Positions 15,067 through 24,687 of a stretch of 64,000 nt of DNA are shown here, in pieces. The first letter of the stretch is position 1; each line of letters opens with the position of its first letter. The DNA lies in IMG/VR virus record IMGVR_UViG_3300002026_001292; one strand, given 5' to 3'. The notes under the pieces were generated by a model. That model searched no databases, had not been told where the DNA came from, and was given only the letters and a program-made list of their open reading frames with translations. The translations under genes and the position numbers were made by a program. The DNA comes from an uncultured virus (IMG/VR IMGVR_UViG_3300002026_001292) (lineage: Duplodnaviria; Heunggongvirae; Uroviricota; Caudoviricetes).

Positions 15067-15684
15067 ATGCAAATAAAATTAGAAAATGACAAAAACATTC
15101 ATATTTGTTTAGGTGACATTACTAAACTTGCTGCTGTAGATGCTATAGTTAACGCTGCACATAGAGCATTACTTGGCGGTGGCGGAGTAGATGGAGCAAT
15201 TCATAAGGCTGCGGGAGAAGGGCTTTTAATGGAATGCAGAGATATCCCATGTGACAATAAAGGTGTCCGATGTAAAACGGGGGAAGCTCATATAACAAAA
15301 GGATATAATCTTCCCGCTAAACATGTAATCCACACAGTTGCTCCAATTTTTGTAGGCGGAATAATTAGAAGGAATATTGATGGAGTAATGACAGCCATCT
15401 TTAATAATGTTAGTCCAGAAGATGGCAATTCGCAAATGGCTGAATGTTACCGTAATTGTATTGAGTTGGCAGAGAGGCACAATCTTAAGTCTATAGCGTT
15501 TCCGTCATTGGGCACTGGTGGTCACGCTTATCCGATAGAGATTGCATGCCCAATTGCTATAAAGACTGTAATTGAATGTCTTAAAAAAACAAAATCGGTT
15601 AAAGATGTTGTTTTTGTTTGTTTCAGTTCTGAGGATTGGGAATATTATGAAGAAACGGCAACTGAAATAATAAAAACTAATTAA
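15067..15684 (+). CDS. macrodomain ADP-ribose hydrolase (YmdB/MacroD-like)
   Basis: GDIT, DAIVNAA, GGGGVDGAIH, HTVAP, SIAFPSLGTG. Confidence 0.95.
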   Translation: MQIKLENDKNIHICLGDITKLAAVDAIVNAAHRALLGGGGVDGAIHKAAGEGLLMECRDIPCDNKGVRCKTGEAHITKGYNLPAKHVIHTVAPIFVGGIIRRNIDGVMTAIFNNVSPEDGNSQMAECYRNCIELAERHNLKSIAFPSLGTGGHAYPIEIACPIAIKTVIECLKKTKSVKDVVFVCFSSEDWEYYEETATEIIKTN

Positions 15685-15913
15685 TAATTGGTATATAGTC
15701 TTTATAAAAGCTAGACATGTATGCTTGTCCCTTTAGTTTGTCTTTTATGTCTTCTGAAATATTTGAATTTATTGATATTTTACCATCTAAAATATCATTT
15801 GGGTCAAGCATTGTGTTGACAGAAGGATGAGATCCGTCAGCGTTCATATATGTTGAAGAGTTAAATACATAATCTTCAACTTCTTTCATTATTGGCGATT
15901 TTCTAAATATCAT
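15677..15913 (-). CDS. hypothetical protein
   Basis: Downstream of the minus-strand HExxH gene. Confidence 0.45.
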   Translation of the reverse strand: MIFRKSPIMKEVEDYVFNSSTYMNADGSHPSVNTMLDPNDILDGKISINSNISEDIKDKLKGQAYMSSFYKDYIPIIN

Positions 15914-15952
15914 AATGCCTTATTATATCTAATTAATCATTGAAATCAAGAA

Positions 15953-16690
15953 TTATTTTGCATTTGGGAATATTTCTTTTATTCTTTTCAAATAGATGTC
16001 AACAATTTGTCGTTCCACATGCTCTGCCATTGTTTCGCCAACTGTTTTTCGTATTTTTTCTTCTTCTATTTTTTTGCTTGAGAATAATTGTTCGTGGATA
16101 AATTGAGTTATATTATCATTTATTGGCACATTTCTTTTTTTGCTTTGTAACATGAATCCTTTTATAAATGGGATTTGTTCGGTTTGGTCGATAAGATATT
16201 GAACCATGCTTTCAAATTTTATTTTAATGTCTTTGGAGCGCAATCCTTCAATTGAATATTGCGGAATTAAAATGTCATTTAGGTCGTCGGCATAATGTTG
16301 TAGTTCGTGCCTTATAACATTTACAGCGTTCATATAGAAATCGTTGTAGCTGTTGTAATCGAAGGATGGACTGAATTTAATAGAGACAGTTATTTCTCTA
16401 ATGACTTCAAGTACTATATCGCCAAATTTTCTTTCGCTTCTGATATATTCCGCCTCAATTAAGTATGGTGGATTCATGTATGCGTCTATAACTTCGATTT
16501 TGATTATATATGCTAAGTTCGTTTTGATTCCATCATAGTTGAGATTTTCTTTACTGGAATAGCCATTGAGATATTCTTTGGTAATTTTCCCTTGTTCTTC
16601 TAGTCGTCTAACTTTGGAAGAAATTTCTTTTGCTAATGTATTTGTTATTACATCCAGAGCGTTGCGGAATGCTATTTTGTAAATTTTCAT
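15953..16690 (-). CDS. putative zincin metallopeptidase
   Basis: RHELQHY (HExxH) plus downstream E; SigH-type promoter 16701-16726. Confidence 0.6.
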   Translation of the reverse strand: MKIYKIAFRNALDVITNTLAKEISSKVRRLEEQGKITKEYLNGYSSKENLNYDGIKTNLAYIIKIEVIDAYMNPPYLIEAEYIRSERKFGDIVLEVIREITVSIKFSPSFDYNSYNDFYMNAVNVIRHELQHYADDLNDILIPQYSIEGLRSKDIKIKFESMVQYLIDQTEQIPFIKGFMLQSKKRNVPINDNITQFIHEQLFSSKKIEEEKIRKTVGETMAEHVERQIVDIYLKRIKEIFPNAK

Positions 16691-16796
16691 ATTTTTTATA
16701 ATTCTTGGTTTTAAATCGTCACTCCTGCATTTTGTAGTTGATTCCCATCTAGTTTAATGTATAATATTCTCGTAAACAAGTTAGAAAGGAATAAAA

Positions 16797-17060
16797 ATGG
16801 AATACTATATACAGAGACACGCAAGCGGATATGTTGGTAATTGTTTATTGTGGTGGAGGAAAGGTGGACATGGATATACATGTGATTTAGATGATGCTGA
16901 AGTTTTTGACGATTCGGATTCAAACTTTGCAAGAATTGTTGATGAGGAATCTAAATATAAGGCTTGGGCAAAACAATATATAGATTCAGCGGCACAAAGA
17001 CATGTTAGTTGTGAATATTTGAATTTTGATTTAACCCCAACGTATACGTATAAGGAGTAA
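16797..17060 (+). CDS. conserved phage hypothetical protein
   Basis: YVGN..LWW....GYT.DL..A motif; promoter 16738-16765. Confidence 0.6.
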   Translation: MEYYIQRHASGYVGNCLLWWRKGGHGYTCDLDDAEVFDDSDSNFARIVDEESKYKAWAKQYIDSAAQRHVSCEYLNFDLTPTYTYKE

Positions 17061-17061
17061 A

Positions 17062-17322
17062 ATGATAACAATAAGAGATTTTTATACAAGTAGATGTGTT
17101 CCATGTCAGCAATTAGCTCCTGTTTTGGAAAAGATTGCTAATGAGAATGATGATGTTAAGTTAGTTAAAATTGATTGTGAGAAGAATCTTGAGTTAGCTA
17201 TTGCAGAAGGAATCCGTTCAGTCCCAGTTTTAATTATTGAATCAGATAATGGTGACGTAGTTAGATTAAATGGTATGCAAACGGAAGCTTCTATCTTAAA
17301 AGAGATTGACCTATTGCGTTAA
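17062..17322 (+). CDS. thioredoxin
   Basis: DFYTSRCVPC, IRSVP. Confidence 0.9.
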   Translation: MITIRDFYTSRCVPCQQLAPVLEKIANENDDVKLVKIDCEKNLELAIAEGIRSVPVLIIESDNGDVVRLNGMQTEASILKEIDLLR

Positions 17323-17326
17323 AATC

Positions 17327-17767
17327 ATGAATAAACCGATTGTATATGTTGATATGGATGGTGTTTTATGTGATTTTAAATCTGCATATGACGCTAAAAA
17401 GCATATCATTAAATATCCTCAGGCGGAATTTGATTTTTTCAGGAAATTAAAACCAATGGAAGGTGCTATAGACGCTTTTAATTCCTTATTTGAAAAATTC
17501 GACACCTATATATTAACCGCTCCATCTATCTATAATCCGATTTGTTATATGGAAAAAAGATTATGGGTTGAAGATCATTTGGGTTTAAGGGCTGTTGAAA
17601 AATTGATATTGAGTAATCATAAAGGTTTGTTGATGGGCGATTATTTAATAGATGATAATTGTAAAGGTCAAGGGCAAGATAAGTTCAAAGGGGAATTGAT
17701 TCATTTTGGGACGGATAAGTTTAAATCGTGGGCTGATGTAATGGCGTATTTTAAGTCAAAGGAGTAA
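17327..17767 (+). CDS. 5'(3')-deoxyribonucleotidase, HAD NT5C family
   Basis: DMDGVLCD, ILTAP, EKRLW, LIDD. Confidence 0.9.
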   Translation: MNKPIVYVDMDGVLCDFKSAYDAKKHIIKYPQAEFDFFRKLKPMEGAIDAFNSLFEKFDTYILTAPSIYNPICYMEKRLWVEDHLGLRAVEKLILSNHKGLLMGDYLIDDNCKGQGQDKFKGELIHFGTDKFKSWADVMAYFKSKE

Positions 17768-17769
17768 TT

Positions 17770-18369
17770 ATGATTAGAGAGATGTTGGGCGAAATATATG
17801 GCGACGATCTTATTTTTATGGATGGATTTGACGATTGCATAGAGGGCATAGTTGAATGTTTCGGTCAACCTAATATTGTCTGTTATGATAAAACCAAAGT
17901 TATTGCGAAACTAATGGAAGACGGAATAGATACTGAATCAATTAATTTAGACACTTATGATATGCCAAGAAGAGAAAAGGCTAAAGCGTTAGGTTGGACA
18001 GACGTTGAATGGACTTACGATGATATATATGGTGGGATATACTTAGGCGGATTAAACCCATTGACAAAAAAATGGGATAAGGTTCCAGAAATGAATATTA
18101 AGATAACAATAGAAGGATGTTGCTCAATGCGTAAGTCTGAAATTGCAAAAATAATTGGCGAAAGACTCAAGGAAAAAGGGTTTGGCGCAGTATCTATAAT
18201 TGGCACCGATTACAAAGGTGAATATTTCAAGGGATTGATAAGTGATGAATCTGCAACAATAGAAGTCGTTCCTGAAAAGTTTGATATTAGAGATGACTTT
18301 GAGGGCAACTTAGAATATGCACTGAAGAGCAGAGAACGAAACAAAATTGAAATAAATACAACTATATAG
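17770..18369 (+). CDS. hypothetical, apparently chimeric protein
   Basis: DGFDDCIxG phage-type N-terminus joined to unrelated segments. Confidence 0.5.
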   Translation: MIREMLGEIYGDDLIFMDGFDDCIEGIVECFGQPNIVCYDKTKVIAKLMEDGIDTESINLDTYDMPRREKAKALGWTDVEWTYDDIYGGIYLGGLNPLTKKWDKVPEMNIKITIEGCCSMRKSEIAKIIGERLKEKGFGAVSIIGTDYKGEYFKGLISDESATIEVVPEKFDIRDDFEGNLEYALKSRERNKIEINTTI

Positions 18370-18379
18370 AAAGGATTAC

Positions 18380-18820
18380 ATGAATACATTAAAAGAGCAG
18401 ATGCAAGAAAGAATTAAACAGTGCATGAAAGATGGTAATGCTTTCGAAAGAGATACGCTAAGAACGGTTTTAGGAGAGACCCAAAGCAAAAATCTTAATG
18501 CTACAGATGAAGATGTTATAAAAACTCTTAAAAAAACAAAACAAGGATGCGTTGACAATTTAAAATATATGCAAGAACCTCAAATTTTAGAAGTCAATAA
18601 AGAAATTGAAATTTATGATAAATACTTGCCTAAAACATTGTCCTTATATGATATTTGTGATAAACTTGCAACAGATGTTATTATCAAAGACATTATAGCC
18701 GCTAAATCAGATGGTCAAGCAACTGGATTGGCAATGGGATTTTTCAAAAAGAATGGTTTGGCAGTAGATGGTAAATATGTTACTGTCGCAGTTCAACAAA
18801 TAAGGAGTACTGACACATGA
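18380..18820 (+). CDS. GatB/YqeY domain protein
   Basis: LKE..I..CMK..RDTLR; EIEIYDKYLPK; GLAMG; DGK. Confidence 0.8.
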   Translation: MNTLKEQMQERIKQCMKDGNAFERDTLRTVLGETQSKNLNATDEDVIKTLKKTKQGCVDNLKYMQEPQILEVNKEIEIYDKYLPKTLSLYDICDKLATDVIIKDIIAAKSDGQATGLAMGFFKKNGLAVDGKYVTVAVQQIRSTDT

Positions 18821-19002
18821 GCTTACTTAACGCACTCAAAAGGTTCTTTAAACCAAATAGGATAAACATTAATGATAGGCAAGTTACTGTAAATGTAAAA
18901 TGCCCTAAGTGTAATAAGGTATATTTTTATAAAATGTCAGCAGATTATAAGGGGCGTAGTAAGCCATGCCCACAATGCAAATATCAAGATATGCACAAAT
19001 AA
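18817..19002 (+). CDS. small Zn-ribbon protein
   Basis: CPKC...CPQC. Confidence 0.55.
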   Translation: MSLLNALKRFFKPNRININDRQVTVNVKCPKCNKVYFYKMSADYKGRSKPCPQCKYQDMHK

Positions 19003-19019
19003 CAATTTAAAAGGAAATT

Positions 19020-19415
19020 ATGAAATTCAGAGTATGGGATAAGTTGAGAAAAACACATATATATTATGATCCGAAAAAGTACCAAGGGCATTTCAATATA
19101 TCGTTAAATGGTAGATTTTTTGATTCTCATAATGGAAGCGGAGGAGATGAATATGTTGTTCAACTTTGTTCTGACGTAAAAGACGCTCATGGTTTTGAAA
19201 TTTACGAAGGAGACATAATCCGTACACTTAGGGGAGATCCTAACATTGGTGTAGTATATTTTGTAGCAGGAACGTTTATGATTGATGGTGCTGGAACATT
19301 ATACGATGAAGTTACTTCTAATGCACCTGATATAGCAATTGATTTAGAAATTATAGGTAATGCTTTTCAGGAATATAACGAAGACAATCATATGTTCGGT
19401 TCAGACGGTCATTAA
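19020..19415 (+). CDS. YopX family phage protein
   Basis: KFRVWD, KDxxGxEIYEGDI, EIIGN. Confidence 0.9.
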   Translation: MKFRVWDKLRKTHIYYDPKKYQGHFNISLNGRFFDSHNGSGGDEYVVQLCSDVKDAHGFEIYEGDIIRTLRGDPNIGVVYFVAGTFMIDGAGTLYDEVTSNAPDIAIDLEIIGNAFQEYNEDNHMFGSDGH

Positions 19416-19423
19416 GGATATTT

Positions 19424-19723
19424 ATGGACAAAGATACTGTAAGAATATATACGATTACAGGGATAACTGATAAATTCCCTAAAGACCAAGTACGACTGTT
19501 TGGATGGTTCCCTTTTTTTGAAGAGGCTGAAAAAGCAGTTTTGGATAATAGTTGCGGAATGGATGAAGGTAGCTTTTTCAAGTGGATTGTAATTGAAGAA
19601 TGCGAAAGTGGGATTTATGGTTTCAATAATTATTCAACATGGTATAAATGGGATGGCGAAAAGTATAATAAGTCTGAAAAACCGTTAGAATATAAACGGA
19701 TGATAAATTTCAGCATTGGTTGA
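19424..19723 (+). CDS. hypothetical protein
   Basis: ORF with RBS. Confidence 0.55.
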   Translation: MDKDTVRIYTITGITDKFPKDQVRLFGWFPFFEEAEKAVLDNSCGMDEGSFFKWIVIEECESGIYGFNNYSTWYKWDGEKYNKSEKPLEYKRMINFSIG

Positions 19724-19737
19724 TTTTAAGGATAAAT

Positions 19738-20526
19738 ATGATTGGATCTATAATTGGAGATGTTGTTGGAAGTTGTTTTGAATTTGGAAATACGGATGAT
19801 CCTAATTTTGAATTATTTAGTGAAACAAGTACGTTTACAGACGATACCATTCTTACAGTTGCGACGGCTCATGTCATAAGGTTTGGCGGTAATTTCCTTG
19901 AGGATTATCAGAAAGCTTTTAATTACTATCCTAATCGGGGGTGGGGCGGTATGTTTCATTCTCTGGCGTCAAAAGGAGAATTAGCACCTTATAATAGCTT
20001 TGGGAACGGTTCTGCGATGCGAGTATCTCCGGTTGGATGGGTCTACGATAGTGTATATAATACAATGTGGTTGGCAAAGGAAACATCTATTGTAACTCAT
20101 GATCATCCTGAAGGGGTAAAAGGTGCTCAAGCAGTCGCAACGGCAATTTATCTGGCTAGAAATGGATACAGTAAAAAAGAGATACTTGATTTGGTTAGTG
20201 TACTTGGTTATGATTTATCGAAGCCTTTAAAAGAGTTCGATAGGACATTTGATGTAACATGCCAAGGTACGATTCCGATATGTATGGCTTTATTTAATGA
20301 GACTGAAGATTTTGAAGAAGCGATACGGGTAACAGTTGCACAGGGCGGTGATTGTGATACCAATGCCTGTATAGTTGGAGGTATTGCGGAAGCTTTTTAT
20401 GGAATGCCACCAAAATATATGATTGAAGAAACACTAAATAGGCTTCCAGTTGAAATGCAGTTCACAGTTGTTAAATTTGTTGAGAAATATTGTTATAATA
20501 GTTTTGAAAGTATGTTTATAAAGTAG
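19738..20526 (+). CDS. ADP-ribosylglycohydrolase (DraG/ARH family)
   Basis: GDVVG, FTDDT, GNGSAMR, THDH, GGDCDT. Confidence 0.95.
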   Translation: MIGSIIGDVVGSCFEFGNTDDPNFELFSETSTFTDDTILTVATAHVIRFGGNFLEDYQKAFNYYPNRGWGGMFHSLASKGELAPYNSFGNGSAMRVSPVGWVYDSVYNTMWLAKETSIVTHDHPEGVKGAQAVATAIYLARNGYSKKEILDLVSVLGYDLSKPLKEFDRTFDVTCQGTIPICMALFNETEDFEEAIRVTVAQGGDCDTNACIVGGIAEAFYGMPPKYMIEETLNRLPVEMQFTVVKFVEKYCYNSFESMFIK

Positions 20527-20547
20527 AAAACAAAATAAGGAGGTAAT

Positions 20548-20793
20548 ATGGCTAAGCTAGTAGATAAGGTTGCGATTAAGAATGGAAGATTGGTTAAGGT
20601 TTGGAACACTTTGAAGAAGAAGTTCTCCAATGCAAAGTTGATGTATTTTGCGATATGGGTTGAAGACGCGAATGGTAAGAATGAACGTTGTTTGTTGTTC
20701 ACGGAAGCTGAAATTGCAAGAGCTGAACATAGAGCTTTGCAGAACAAAGAGGATTTGACTAAGAAATGTCTTATCACTAATCTAATGGACTAA
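20548..20793 (+). CDS. small basic hypothetical protein
   Basis: AAGGAGG RBS. Confidence 0.6.
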   Translation: MAKLVDKVAIKNGRLVKVWNTLKKKFSNAKLMYFAIWVEDANGKNERCLLFTEAEIARAEHRALQNKEDLTKKCLITNLMD

Positions 20794-20826
20794 TTGTAGG
20801 GTTAACTGTAAATACAAAGGAGAAAA

Positions 20827-21372
20827 ATGGCAAGAAAGACAAGATCGTATTCAAGAGTTGGTGAAGCTACAGATATCATTAATAAACTACATGATAAATA
20901 TGCTGATGTTTTTTGGTGTATTAACCCATCTTCAATTGCTGTAATGGGAATTGATAACATGGAAAGATCGGAAAAGGCGGTAGAGAAACAGCCAATTTGG
21001 TCGAGAATGAGAAATGTAAAGGGCGTAGAGAAGGCAATTTTTCAGGAACATAATATTGGCGAACGGTATATTGTGGAGGTGTATTGGTCTGATTATAATA
21101 AATGGAGTGATTCAGTTCGTGCGGCGGTTATTGCTAATCATCTATTGGAAATTACACCCGAAGTTGAAGTTAAGAACAGTCCTGATTGTGTAGGCTTCAA
21201 GATCCTTTATAAGGCGTTGGGCGTTAATTGGGAACATGACATTACTCATATCCCGAATCTTTTGACTTCTGATATTGAGTTTGATTTGGATTTACGTCCC
21301 GGTCTTTCAGAGCTTGAGTCAATGGAAGAGGATGGCGGACCAGAAGATCCAGGTGATGTGGATGACATCTAA
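20827..21372 (+). CDS. putative phage metallopeptidase-like protein (degenerate HExxH)
   Basis: YIVEV..W..RAAVIANHLLEI...PD layout; motif not intact. Confidence 0.4.
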   Translation: MARKTRSYSRVGEATDIINKLHDKYADVFWCINPSSIAVMGIDNMERSEKAVEKQPIWSRMRNVKGVEKAIFQEHNIGERYIVEVYWSDYNKWSDSVRAAVIANHLLEITPEVEVKNSPDCVGFKILYKALGVNWEHDITHIPNLLTSDIEFDLDLRPGLSELESMEEDGGPEDPGDVDDI

Positions 21373-21599
21373 TGACAGTTAAAGCAATTAGTAGAAAAAC
21401 GGAGATTGAGATCAAACCTGCAAAGGAGGTCTCAATCTCTAAAATAATTGTTGGTAAAATCGAGCAAGATCTGTTGGATAGGGCGGGTATTTCTAATGAA
21501 TGGCATGGAATCGATGATGATATTCGACAAGAAATTCGAGATTCTTGGATGAAAATCATTGATGACGAGATTGCAGCGGATTATAATAGTTGGACTTGA
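21372..21599 (+). CDS. hypothetical protein
   Basis: DLxDRxGIxxEWxxIDxDIxxEI motif. Confidence 0.55.
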   Translation: MTVKAISRKTEIEIKPAKEVSISKIIVGKIEQDLLDRAGISNEWHGIDDDIRQEIRDSWMKIIDDEIAADYNSWT

Positions 21600-21666
21600 A
21601 ATAGTTCTTGATAACCATTAGCTTATTTGTTATAGTATGCTCATGAATATAAATCGAAAGGAAATT

Positions 21667-22581
21667 ATGGAAGAAAAAAAGCTAAAACAGTTAAGCAAAA
21701 TGTTATCATTGGTTTTAAGACACGAACCAGAGCATATAGATATCCAATTAGACGAAAACGGTTGGACAAATGTTGATAGGTTAATTGCGAACCTTAATGT
21801 GTATCAATCTGCAAATCTAAAAGTTTATATTAAAAGAGATATACTTGACGAAATCGTTAGAACAAACGACAAGAAGCGTTTTGAGTATAGTCCTGATGGA
21901 TTAATGATTAGGGCGAGACAGGGACATTCTGTATCTGTTGATTTGGGCTATAAACCAGTTAATCCACCAGAAGTTTTATATCATGGAACGTCCGAATATG
22001 TAGTCGATTCTATTTTCGAGAATGGAATTGAAAAACGAAGTCGTCACCATGTCCATCTTTCAGAAAATCATGAAACTGCTATGGCTGTAGGTAAGAGACA
22101 TGGAAAGCCTTGTGCGTTGACGGTAGATTGTAAAAGTATGGTTTCTGATGGATATGAATTTTTCAAGACGGATAACGGAGTTTGGTTAGTTGATCATGTC
22201 CCATCTGTTTATATCTATTCTGAATTAAGATTTAAGTCAAAATCTAAGCAAAGCAACGAAAGAATTCAAAGTTATTTTAACGAAACAGAATCTAAAATTG
22301 AAAAAAAAATAGAAAAAGATAATGGTATAAGTAGATATAGGTTCGAACAAAATCCAGCTGAAAGAATTTTCGTTGAAGAGTTTCTTGAACAAGATAAGTG
22401 GAGTAATACTTTGGAATATCTATTATCCAGCTATCCTAATATAAGACAAGATGTAACAGATGAACAAAGGGCTGTTGCAATGACTATTATTCAGTGGATA
22501 GGTTCACCTTGCGGTCAGTCGTTCCTTCAAGTGGTTGCAGAAAGATGTAAAAAAGAAGGATGTAAGTTGAGAGATTTTTAA
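21667..22581 (+). CDS. kptA: RNA 2'-phosphotransferase Tpt1/KptA fused to an extra C-terminal domain
   Basis: SKxLSxVLRH, KKRF, IRARQGHS, LYHGT, RHHVHLS, NGVWL. Confidence 0.93.
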   Translation: MEEKKLKQLSKMLSLVLRHEPEHIDIQLDENGWTNVDRLIANLNVYQSANLKVYIKRDILDEIVRTNDKKRFEYSPDGLMIRARQGHSVSVDLGYKPVNPPEVLYHGTSEYVVDSIFENGIEKRSRHHVHLSENHETAMAVGKRHGKPCALTVDCKSMVSDGYEFFKTDNGVWLVDHVPSVYIYSELRFKSKSKQSNERIQSYFNETESKIEKKIEKDNGISRYRFEQNPAERIFVEEFLEQDKWSNTLEYLLSSYPNIRQDVTDEQRAVAMTIIQWIGSPCGQSFLQVVAERCKKEGCKLRDF

Positions 22582-22583
22582 AA

Positions 22584-22838
22584 ATGAAAACCGAAAAAGG
22601 AATCCCAATTTTAAATGACAATCACGATATAGAAAAACTATATTTGTCTATTCTTTCCAATGCTTTCAGGGAGATGACTAACTCTTTGGTTGAAATGGAA
22701 ATCCAAGACGCAAATCCAAAAGATATGATGGAAAAATGTGTGTGGCCAATTTTACATGAAGCGGGGAGGAGAGTTTCAACTATATTGAGTGGTGATTTAG
22801 ATGTTCCTGATGGCGGCTTTGATTTGGTAGTTGGTTAA
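22584..22838 (+). CDS. hypothetical protein
   Basis: ORF. Confidence 0.5.
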   Translation: MKTEKGIPILNDNHDIEKLYLSILSNAFREMTNSLVEMEIQDANPKDMMEKCVWPILHEAGRRVSTILSGDLDVPDGGFDLVVG

Positions 22839-22842
22839 TAGC

Positions 22843-22910
22843 AGGAATATATTTAATACTTCTTGAAATAATATTGGATATAGTTATAATTGGGTTATAT
22901 TTGATCTTTG
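22843..22910 (+). promoter_or_regulatory. overlapping SigH-type and sigma70-type promoters plus boxA-like element for tmRNA
   Basis: AGGA-N18-GAAAT (22843-22869); TTGAAA-N16-TATAAT (22863-22890); TTGATCTTTG (22901-22910). Confidence 0.6.
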
Positions 22911-22916
22911 ATTATA

Positions 22917-23276
22917 GGGGGCGATTTGGTATCGACTGGCGGTGAAAAAGTATTATTGCATGCAGAAGATCATGGTTGGCTTCTATAAATATCCATGAAA
23001 AACAAGTAAACGGCGAAAGTCTTAAACTTGCTGCCTAATTAAAGGTAGCCAGAAACGGAGCAAGATAGTCTTGGTAGCTCTTAGTACTGTTGATTACAAG
23101 GCGGCGATTTGATTAAGCCTAATGGTCATGGCAAGAACGGGAAGACGTTCTGCGACTCATAATAAGCAATGAGAAGGTTTCTTTTGTTGAGCCTTTTAAA
23201 TCAGCACAACAAGCATGTGAAGAAGTGATATGGTTTCTCGCACAACACTGGGGTTCGACTCCCCACGCCTCCACCA
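22917..23276 (+). ncRNA. ssrA: tmRNA; tag (A)GESLKLAA at 23012-23038
   Basis: GGGGGCG/CGCCTCC with G3:U70, TCGAC near the 5' end, T arm GGGG-TTCGACT-CCCC, ACCA, tag ending LAA-stop. Confidence 0.95.
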
Positions 23277-23310
23277 CTTTAAATTGTAGATAAAACAACG
23301 AAGGAAGAAT

Positions 23311-23727
23311 ATGATGAAGAGCATTAAGATTATGTATGAAGATTGGATTAACACAACTGGACTTGCTACCTGTATAATTAAAGAAGCAATTGTTGATTTT
23401 GATGGTAATAATACGCCATATGTAGAATCAATGAGCTATTCGGATAATTTTGATAGTTTTATTCATGATGCATTTAATTCTGGTTTTGTTTATCTTACTC
23501 CACGAAAAGCGGTTTCCATTTTACAGATTAAATATTTTGAATTCAATGATGCTGTTGAAAGTGTGAAGGATTCTACTCCGGTTAAGGTAACTAATCAACC
23601 AATGGATTCAAATCATTCTAATCGTAAATCCAATAAAAGAAAAATACGAAAACAAAGAAAACCTATTGAGAAAAAGAATGTTGTAATTAACACTGTTGCA
23701 AAGGATGGAGTGAATAATGAAGGATGA
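23311..23727 (+). CDS. hypothetical protein, basic C-terminus
   Basis: ORF with RBS. Confidence 0.55.
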   Translation: MMKSIKIMYEDWINTTGLATCIIKEAIVDFDGNNTPYVESMSYSDNFDSFIHDAFNSGFVYLTPRKAVSILQIKYFEFNDAVESVKDSTPVKVTNQPMDSNHSNRKSNKRKIRKQRKPIEKKNVVINTVAKDGVNNEG

Positions 23728-24541
23728 GATGGGAGATCGCATGAAGGAATACGAATCTATTTCAAGGACTCGTATGACCAAACGTGTGCCTGTTATTATA
23801 AGGGCTGACGGTAAGGCGTTTCACAATTTCTGTAAACGTTTTGACACTCCATATGATATTTATTTCAATACATATATGAATAATGTCATGAAATATCTTT
23901 GTGCGAATATACAAGGTGCAAAGTTAGCTGAACGTCATTCGGATGAGATTTCTATTTTAGTGACCGACTATGACAATATAAATACAGACTCTTATTTCGA
24001 TTATCAAGTTCAAAAGATATGTTCTATTGTTTCAAGTATGGCAACAGCAGAGTTATGCAGACAATTAATGCTGAAGGAAATTAGAATAGAAAAATACATG
24101 TCAAATGACGATTCTTTTGGTGTTGAAATTCCCAATAAAAGTTTTTTAACAATTGATGAGCCATTCCCAACATTTGATTGTAGATGTTTTAATATTCCAG
24201 AGTCAGAGATTTCTAATTATTTTTGGTGGCGTTTAAAAGATGCTGTTAGGAATTCTATAAACATGACAGCTCAATCTAAATTTAGCCATAAACAGTTGCA
24301 AGGCGTATCTTGTGATAGAATGCAAGAAATGTTATTCAAAGAGCATAATCTTAATTGGAATAATTTGCCTTCAGGACAGAAAACTGGCTTTATATGTTTG
24401 AAAAAGAAAATCAATAGTGAAATTCCTGACGGACCGTATAAAGGTGCTTTATTTGAAAGAAATATATGGTCTGTCCAGCCTGCACCTCCTCAATTGCAGT
24501 ATTTGCGAGATACTGTTTATTTGATTTTTGGCAAAGAATAA
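23717..24541 (+). CDS. tRNA(His) guanylyltransferase Thg1-like protein
   Basis: RMKEYE, IRADGKAFH, SDEIS, FDCRCF, YFxWRxxDAxRNS. Confidence 0.93.
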   Translation: MKDEMGDRMKEYESISRTRMTKRVPVIIRADGKAFHNFCKRFDTPYDIYFNTYMNNVMKYLCANIQGAKLAERHSDEISILVTDYDNINTDSYFDYQVQKICSIVSSMATAELCRQLMLKEIRIEKYMSNDDSFGVEIPNKSFLTIDEPFPTFDCRCFNIPESEISNYFWWRLKDAVRNSINMTAQSKFSHKQLQGVSCDRMQEMLFKEHNLNWNNLPSGQKTGFICLKKKINSEIPDGPYKGALFERNIWSVQPAPPQLQYLRDTVYLIFGKE

Positions 24542-24584
24542 TTTTTATTTAAAGGAATTTTACTTACACCGAAGAATATATAAT

Positions 24585-24674
24585 TAACGACGCCTCATAA
24601 GTATATTTTAAAAATTTTAATAACTCAATTAGATCATTCATGAGGTGTCGTTACCTTGATCTTTTTGAGTTATT
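24585..24674 (+). promoter_or_regulatory. structured 5' leader (interleaved stems) after SigH-type promoter 24553-24578
   Basis: 24585-24598 pairs 24640-24653; 24619-24636 pairs 24657-24674. Confidence 0.6.
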
Positions 24675-24687
24675 TTTTTGGAGTAAA

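Noticed and set aside
24640..24687. ATG 24640 as endonuclease start
   Set aside because: Lies in a paired stem without an RBS; GGAG precedes ATG 24688
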